Assembly: GCF_000196355.1 (NCBI RefSeq)
Contig: NC_007614.1
Location: 1,500,001-1,532,000 of the forward strand
Direction: 5' to 3'
Source: Nitrosospira multiformis ATCC 25196
Lineage (GTDB): Bacteria; Pseudomonadota; Gammaproteobacteria; Burkholderiales; Nitrosomonadaceae
Length of the DNA stretch: 32,000 nt
Part shown: positions 26,739 through 32,000 of the stretch, in pieces
Position numbering within the stretch: the first letter of the stretch is position 1
Layout of the letters: the number at the start of each line of letters is the position of its first letter
The notes under the pieces: generated by a model
What the model was told of the DNA's origin: nothing
The model's database searches: none
The model's input: only the letters and a program-made list of their open reading frames with translations
Position numbers and translations under genes: made by a program

Positions 26739-27905
26739 ATGGCTGCAATCATCAATACCAACGTCATTTCCATGAATGCGCAGCGTAACCTCAACGGTTC
26801 GCAGAACGCACTCGCCACCACATTGCAGCGCCTGTCCTCCGGTCTGCGCATCAACAGCGCCAAGGACGATGCTGCAGGGCTTGCGATCTCGGAACGCATG
26901 ACTTCCCAGATCAAAGGCTTCACTCAGGCAATTCGCAATGCCAACGACGGCATCTCGATGTCTCAGACGGCGGAGGGCGCACTGGGGGAAATCGGCAACA
27001 ACCTGCAGCGCATACGTGAGCTGGCCGTGCAATCGCGCAATGCCAGCAACAGCGCAAGCGACCGTACCGCGCTCAACAATGAAGTCCAGCAGCTCAAGGC
27101 CGAAATCGATCGCGTTGCTTCAACCACGACGTTCAACGGCATCAAACTGCTTGATGGTACTTTCACCAATCAAGACTTTCAGGTGGGCGCCAATGTGGGC
27201 GAGACTATCAATATTGCGAGTATCGTCAATGCACAAAGCTCTGCTCTGGGAACCACTACCACTTACTCAACCACCGTTACCGGTGTAGCCGCTACAGGAT
27301 TCGCGACGCCAGCGGATGACATCGCCGCGGGCGACTTGAAGATAAACGGGGTTGACGTGGGCGCCATTACCGCAGGAGGCACAGCACCCCTTCAGGGAGC
27401 AGCCGTCGCAGCTGCCATCAACCTGATTTCGGGAACCACAGGGGTTAGCGCTTCTGCCGATGGCGCCGGTCTGGTGACACTGACCAGCACGTCCAGCGAC
27501 GGCATCACTGTGGCCATGAGTGGTACGGCTAACACCGCACGGACCGGTCTGACTGCCGGCGCAACCGCAGCAACGGCAACGACCGCCGCTGGCTTCGGCG
27601 CGCTGAAGATAGACACCACCGCCGATGCCGATACCGCGATCGCTTCGATGGATTCCGCATTGAGCGCGCTCAACGCGGCGCGTGCCGATCTCGGCGCCTA
27701 CCAGAACCGATTCACATCGGCAGTTGCAAACCTTCAGACTGTCTCCGAGAACCTGTCCGCCTCGCGCAGCCGCATCATGGATGCCGATTTCGCGGCGGAA
27801 ACGGCGGCGCTTTCGCGCAACCAAGTGCTGCAACAAGCGGGAACGGCCATGCTGGCTCAGGCAAATGCAATGCCGCAAAGCGTATTGTCCCTGCTGAGAG
27901 GTTAA
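26739..27905 (+). CDS. fliC: Flagellin
   Basis: 388 aa with the RBS AAGGAG. The N-terminus is MAAIINTNVISMNAQRNLNGSQNALATTLQRLSSGLRINSAKDDAAGLAISERM and the C-terminus is ADFAAETAALSRNQVLQQAGTAMLAQANAMPQSVLSLLRG. The central region is Thr/Ala/Gly-rich and contains a flagellin IN-like motif (DLKINGVDVGAI...AAAINLISGTTGVSAS). Confidence 0.97.
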   Translation: MAAIINTNVISMNAQRNLNGSQNALATTLQRLSSGLRINSAKDDAAGLAISERMTSQIKGFTQAIRNANDGISMSQTAEGALGEIGNNLQRIRELAVQSRNASNSASDRTALNNEVQQLKAEIDRVASTTTFNGIKLLDGTFTNQDFQVGANVGETINIASIVNAQSSALGTTTTYSTTVTGVAATGFATPADDIAAGDLKINGVDVGAITAGGTAPLQGAAVAAAINLISGTTGVSASADGAGLVTLTSTSSDGITVAMSGTANTARTGLTAGATAATATTAAGFGALKIDTTADADTAIASMDSALSALNAARADLGAYQNRFTSAVANLQTVSENLSASRSRIMDADFAAETAALSRNQVLQQAGTAMLAQANAMPQSVLSLLRG

Positions 27906-27946
27906 TCGCTGGTAAACGGCCTCGCCTGAACGGCCGGGTGTGTGAT

Positions 27947-27982
27947 GAACGGGGATCGGAAGCTTGCTTGCGATCCCCGTTC
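27947..27982 (+). terminator. Strong hairpin downstream of fliC (GAACGGGGATCG ... CGATCCCCGTTC)
   Basis: Perfect 12-bp stem read directly, 42 nt after the fliC stop. The trailing U-tract is poor (GAAUCC), so the intrinsic-terminator call is tentative. Confidence 0.45.
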
Positions 27983-28002
27983 GAATCCTCTGAGGGTCAA
28001 TA

Positions 28003-28341
28003 ATGAAAATCGAACAATCCGGAGCCGCCATTCAACCAGGGATCGGTTCCAGAGCAACCGAAGGTGAATTCCCATACAGCGATGTTCGCCTATCGGCCGG
28101 GAAAGGAAATCCACCCCCGCCGCAGACCATGCAGGTTAAACAGGAAACGGAAAAGGAAAGGACTTTACTCGCTGGCTCCAGTCTGGAATTCAGTGTCGAT
28201 ACCGATACCGACAGGATAGTAATAAAAATTATAGACAATGAAACCCGGGAACTCGTAAGGCAGATTCCCATGGAAGAAATGCTTGCCCTGGCAAAGACCA
28301 TGAATCAGCTACAGGGTTTGTTGCTGCGCACCAAAGCCTGA
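28003..28341 (+). CDS. flaG: Flagellar protein FlaG
   Basis: 112 aa. The C-terminal FlaG-family block reads LEFSVDTDTDRIVIKIIDNETRELVRQIPMEEMLALAKTM. It sits between fliC and fliD. Confidence 0.85.
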   Translation: MKIEQSGAAIQPGIGSRATEGEFPYSDVRLSAGKGNPPPPQTMQVKQETEKERTLLAGSSLEFSVDTDTDRIVIKIIDNETRELVRQIPMEEMLALAKTMNQLQGLLLRTKA

Positions 28342-28392
28342 TGGTGCGATCGGGCAACCCACCGGAAACAGGAAAAAGAAGAGGACAGAAAA

Positions 28393-30402
28393 ATGGCGAT
28401 TACCGCTGCCGGAGCAGGTTCGAACCTGGACGTAAATGGCATAGTTAGCCAGTTGATGGCGGCCGAACGTACGCCGCTTGCTTTGCTTCAGAAGCGCGAA
28501 TCCGACTACCAGGCAAAACTATCCGCTTATGGAACACTGAAAGGTGCCTTGTCTGCTTTCCAGACGGCAATGCAGGGACTGGCTGATCCTGCAAAATATA
28601 ATGCAGTGAGCGCGAGTGCGGCAGATAGCTCTCTGTTGACCGCAACCGGGAATAGCAATGGCAAGGCGGTGCCGGGTAGTTATTCGGTGGAAGTGCAGCA
28701 GCTTGCCCAGCAGCAGAAAATCCGTTCCGAAGGATTTGCCAGCACATCAAGCACCGTAGGCAGCGGAACTTTGACGATACAGTACGGCACTTATGATAAT
28801 GTGCTGAATACCTTTACTCTCAACAACGCGAAACCGGCGCAAACGATAACGATCGAACCCTCCAGCAACACGCTCTCCGGTGTGCGTGACGCTATCAACG
28901 CAGCCAATGCCGGGGTGAGTGCAACGATTGTGAATGACGGCGCCGGCAACAAACTTGTGCTGACCGCAAAGGATCCAGGAGCGGCGAGCAGCCTGAAGAT
29001 TACAGTCAGCGATGACGATGGGGGCAATCTCGACACAACCGGACTCTCCGCTCTTGCCTTCGACCCAACGGTCGGAGGGGGCTCCGGCAAGAATCTCATC
29101 CAGGTGCAGGCCGCGCAGGATGCGAAACTCCGGATCGACGGGATCGATATCGTCAAGTCCTCGAATACGATTACAGACGCAATTGAAGGCGTCACACTCA
29201 GCCTGCTCAAAACGAATGCAGGCAGTCCGACGACGCTGAATGTTTCACCGGACACCGCTGCTGCGAAGACAGCGGTGGAAGCATTCGTAAAGTCATACAA
29301 CAGCATCAATCAAACGCTTTCCAATCTCAGCGCCTATAACCCTGGAGCAAAGAAGGGCGCGATATTGCAGGGGGATTCCGCGGCGTTCTCTATTCAGCGC
29401 GGAATTCGATCGGCATTAACAGCCATGATGGGTGACAGTCGCGGCTTCACCTCCCTTTCCCAGATCGGTGTTACCTTGCAGAAAGACGGCAGCCTGGCGG
29501 TGGATTCCGCAAAGCTGCAGGCGTCGATGGATACTGGATTTGAACAGATCGGCAGGCTGTTTACGATAGGCGGCACCTCCACCGATAGTCTGATTTCGTA
29601 CGAAGGAGCCACGGATAAGACAGTGGCTGGAAATTATGCCGTTACGGTTACACAGCTCGCAACTCGAGGCAGCCTCAGCGGAAGCCAGGCAGCAGGGCTA
29701 ACGATAACGGCAGGAATCAACGATCAACTCAATTTTAATGTGGATGGGGTGGCAGCCAGTATTACGCTGGCCGACGGAATTTATGCTTCCGCGGATGCAT
29801 TGGCGGCCGAAGTGCAAAGCAAGCTGAATGGTCTCTCTGGCCTGACAACCGAAGGAATTTCAGTATCGGTTTCCCCGTCCGCCGGCGTATTGAGCATCGT
29901 GTCGTCGCGTTACGGCTCCGCCTCCAGCGTTATCCTCACGGGAGGTAATGGTGCGGGCAATCTGCTCGGTGCCAGTCCTGTGGGAGCCACCGGAATAGAT
30001 GTCGCAGGCTCCATCAATGGTGTTTCCGCTACAGGGTCGGGACAGATGCTGACTGCTGCTGGCGGGGGATCCGCCGAAGGTCTGCGCGTCGCCATCCACG
30101 GCGGCGCGCTCGGCACCCGGGGGACAATCGAGTTCTCGCGAGGTTACGCCGAGCGATTGAGTAAGGTTGCAGAAGAGTTTCTCGCCACTGAGGGAGTGAT
30201 TGCCACCCGGGTCGAGGGACTGAACGCCAGTATCAAGGATCTCGATCGGCGCCAGGAGGATTTTAGCCGTCGACTTGAAACCGTTGAGGCGCGTTACCGG
30301 GCACAGTTCTCTGCGCTTGATGCCATGCTGGGCAGCTTGACCCAGACGAGCCAGTTTCTTCAACAACAACTGGCCTCGCTGCCAACTCTCAACGAAAAAT
30401 AA
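28393..30402 (+). CDS. fliD: Flagellar filament cap protein FliD
   Basis: 669 aa. The N-terminus is GSNLDVNGIVSQLMAAERTPLALLQKRESDYQAKLSAYGTLKGAL and the C-terminus is VEARYRAQFSALDAMLGSLTQTSQFLQQQL. Confidence 0.95.
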   Translation: MAITAAGAGSNLDVNGIVSQLMAAERTPLALLQKRESDYQAKLSAYGTLKGALSAFQTAMQGLADPAKYNAVSASAADSSLLTATGNSNGKAVPGSYSVEVQQLAQQQKIRSEGFASTSSTVGSGTLTIQYGTYDNVLNTFTLNNAKPAQTITIEPSSNTLSGVRDAINAANAGVSATIVNDGAGNKLVLTAKDPGAASSLKITVSDDDGGNLDTTGLSALAFDPTVGGGSGKNLIQVQAAQDAKLRIDGIDIVKSSNTITDAIEGVTLSLLKTNAGSPTTLNVSPDTAAAKTAVEAFVKSYNSINQTLSNLSAYNPGAKKGAILQGDSAAFSIQRGIRSALTAMMGDSRGFTSLSQIGVTLQKDGSLAVDSAKLQASMDTGFEQIGRLFTIGGTSTDSLISYEGATDKTVAGNYAVTVTQLATRGSLSGSQAAGLTITAGINDQLNFNVDGVAASITLADGIYASADALAAEVQSKLNGLSGLTTEGISVSVSPSAGVLSIVSSRYGSASSVILTGGNGAGNLLGASPVGATGIDVAGSINGVSATGSGQMLTAAGGGSAEGLRVAIHGGALGTRGTIEFSRGYAERLSKVAEEFLATEGVIATRVEGLNASIKDLDRRQEDFSRRLETVEARYRAQFSALDAMLGSLTQTSQFLQQQLASLPTLNEK

Positions 30403-30417
30403 CGGAGGAGTAAATAT

Positions 30418-30882
30418 ATGTATTCAGTACCTCGCTGCGGTGTAAACGCATATGCCCGGGTTGGTCTTGAAACGGGTGTAATCGCCGCCAGTCCTCATAA
30501 ACTCGTCCTGATGCTGTTTGAGGGAGCGCGGATAGCATTGGCTTCGGCGCTTACCCATACGCGAAGCGGCCAGATAGCGGCCAGGGGCGAAGCGATTTCC
30601 AAAGCCATTGCAATCATCAACTCCGGCTTGCAAGCCAGCCTGGACATCAAAGCGGGAGGAGAGCTCGCCCAGCAATTGAATGCGCTTTATGAGTACATGG
30701 GACGCCGGCTGTTACAGGCTAATGTTCATGACAAACCGGAATATATCGAAGAGGTAAGTGGTCTTCTTGGCGAACTGCACGAGGCATGGGAAGCGATCGG
30801 CTCGTTCACGCAGTCAGGTGGAGAGGGAGAGATGATTTCATCCGTCACTCATGACGGCATTGCCAATCTGAAAAAAGCGTAA
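30418..30882 (+). CDS. fliS: Flagellin-specific export chaperone FliS
   Basis: 154 aa with the RBS GGAGG. FliS-family blocks are ASPHKLVLMLFEGARIAL and AIAIINSGLQASLD...GELAQQLNALYEYMGRRLLQAN. Confidence 0.92.
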   Translation: MYSVPRCGVNAYARVGLETGVIAASPHKLVLMLFEGARIALASALTHTRSGQIAARGEAISKAIAIINSGLQASLDIKAGGELAQQLNALYEYMGRRLLQANVHDKPEYIEEVSGLLGELHEAWEAIGSFTQSGGEGEMISSVTHDGIANLKKA

Positions 30883-31223
30883 TGATGATGACAAGTGCAG
30901 AAAACCTTGCTGTGTTTCAGTCTCTTTCCGACCTTACCGGAGAAATGAGAGAGGCTGCCCAGGGGAGTGAGTGGGATCGGCTTGCGGGATTGGAACGACG
31001 CTGCGCAGCCTTGGTGGCGCAACTCGAGAGCGCGGAGGCGGTGCGGCTTCCCCAGGATATGCAACGGCAGAAAGTTGAGCTGATTCACAAGATTCTGGCC
31101 GATGACGCAGCCATACGCGAGTACACGGAACCCTGGATAAGACAGGTTCAAGCTCTGCTGGGTACTGCCAGCCGCTCGCGGTGCGTGCGTCAGGCCTATG
31201 AGTCGGGGGCGTGGAATTTCTGA
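30882..31223 (+). CDS. fliT: Probable FliD-specific chaperone FliT
   Basis: 113 aa and helical. Its start overlaps the fliS stop (TAATG). Its position after fliS and its pattern (WDRLAGLERRCAALV...KILADDAAIREYTEPW) resemble FliT. The similarity was judged by eye only. Confidence 0.6.
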   Translation: MMMTSAENLAVFQSLSDLTGEMREAAQGSEWDRLAGLERRCAALVAQLESAEAVRLPQDMQRQKVELIHKILADDAAIREYTEPWIRQVQALLGTASRSRCVRQAYESGAWNF

Positions 31224-31542
31224 GCGGGAATTCCGGGAGCGCGCTCTCGTAGCACCGTCAAAATGTGCAGGTCAGGGAATCCGGTTTAATCCCCAGCTTA
31301 ACCCTTTGGCAGGGTTCAGGATCAGGGCGAGCGGGGAAAAACGACTTAGGGCGAGCGGGGAGGCGAAGGATTCGGGAGGAGTTCCTCATGGGGAGGGCAA
31401 GTTTCATTCCAGGTTTTCCCAATCACGAGACACGGGAAGAGGGGTCCGAGGGCAGATCCCATTCGATGGGTACAGATAGGCCTGTTTAATTCGTCCAGAC
31501 CCCTGGCAGTGGATCAACCCCAGAACAGGAGAATTCGATCTG

Positions 31543-32000
31543 CGTGCAGTCGACTCAATCGCGGCAATAACTTCAATCCGTCCGGTTCAATCCTCACTTC
31601 AAAGAAGTGAGGATTTTACTTCGTTCCTCGCCGGACTGGAGCCTGGGCGTTCTTTGAGAGCGCAGGTGCAAGCTCTGCTTCCCAATAATGAATTCGTCGT
31701 AATGCTGTATGGCCGGGAGGAGCAGGATGGGCAGGTGTTACAGATGAAATTGCCCCGGAGTGCGCACTTGGGCGAAACATTCAATCTGATTTTCCTGTCC
31801 CGCGCGCCAAAGCCGACGTTCGGACTCGTGCTCGGCTCTCAAGCAGTGGCTCCTCAATTGAGTGAGACCGGACGTTTCATCAGCACCCTGCTCCAGCAGC
31901 CGCTTCCACTTCCTTCTGTCAGTCGATCGATGCAGTCGGATGTGGCGCCATTGCTGCCCGCGCCACCACGCGAGGGTGCGCCGGGACAGCATACGCAACT
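31543..32000 (+). CDS. Partial ORF running off the window; possibly the N-terminus of the hook-length control protein FliK or another flagellar protein
   Basis: This frame is open from 31480 to the window end and is absent from the ORF track because it has no stop. The candidate GTG at 31543 follows AGGAG at 31526-31530. The sequence GRSLRAQVQALLPNNEFVVMLYG...LQMKLPRSAHLGETFNLIFLS, followed by a Pro/Gln-rich stretch, resembles FliK N-termini. Both the start and the identity are tentative. Confidence 0.4.

Noticed and set aside
31198-31489. Two overlapping ORFs of 93 and 74 aa downstream of fliT.
   Set aside because: Their composition is Arg/Gly-rich and low-complexity. They have no RBS, overlap the fliT 3' end, and contain the 14-bp direct repeat. 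They were treated as non-coding spacer.
1-32000. A search for CRISPR arrays, tRNA or rRNA genes, prophage or defence-system genes, and toxin-antitoxin pairs.
   Set aside because: I saw no regularly spaced repeats, no cloverleaf-like or rRNA-like segments, and no ORFs with defence or phage hallmarks. Apart from the IS and the four-gene signalling insert, all substantial ORFs are flagellar.

Overview
The window is mostly a proteobacterial flagellar regulon of the FlhF/FlhG/FliA (polar-type) organisation. The taxon cannot be assigned from sequence alone; the gene order looks beta/gammaproteobacterial.

Gene order:
- Plus strand: 3' part of flhB, then flhA-flhF-flhG-fliA-motA, a small Arg-rich ORF, and motB.
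- Minus strand: flgN-flgM-flgA.
- An IS5-family element (IS427/IS1031-like, with an A6G frameshift site) sits in the divergent flgA/flgB intergenic region.
- Plus strand: flgBCDEFGHIJKL.
- Plus strand: a four-gene signalling insert of an EAL-HDOD protein, a thioredoxin-like protein, a PAS histidine kinase and a NarL-type response regulator.
- Plus strand: fliC-flaG-fliD-fliS-fliT, then the start of a probable fliK-like ORF that runs off the window.

I found no rRNA, tRNA or CRISPR array.

Non-routine observations:
1. A perfect 212-bp tandem duplication frameshifts the histidine kinase just upstream of fliC.
2. motA and motB are uncoupled by a 373-bp spacer. It holds a 75-aa ORF with six RR pairs (ERR/DRR repeats, RRxxxR-like) and mutually exclusive hairpins that end 7 nt before the motB start.
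3. FlhG keeps its N-terminal DQAxxLR FlhF-activator motif but has lost both Walker A lysines.
4. The IS lies in the flgA/flgB control region.
5. Several short repeats and palindromes occur in promoter-proximal spacers.

I do not see a clear, self-contained novel multi-gene system. The Arg-rich ORF with its RNA structure and the signalling insert are the best candidates for undescribed motility control.
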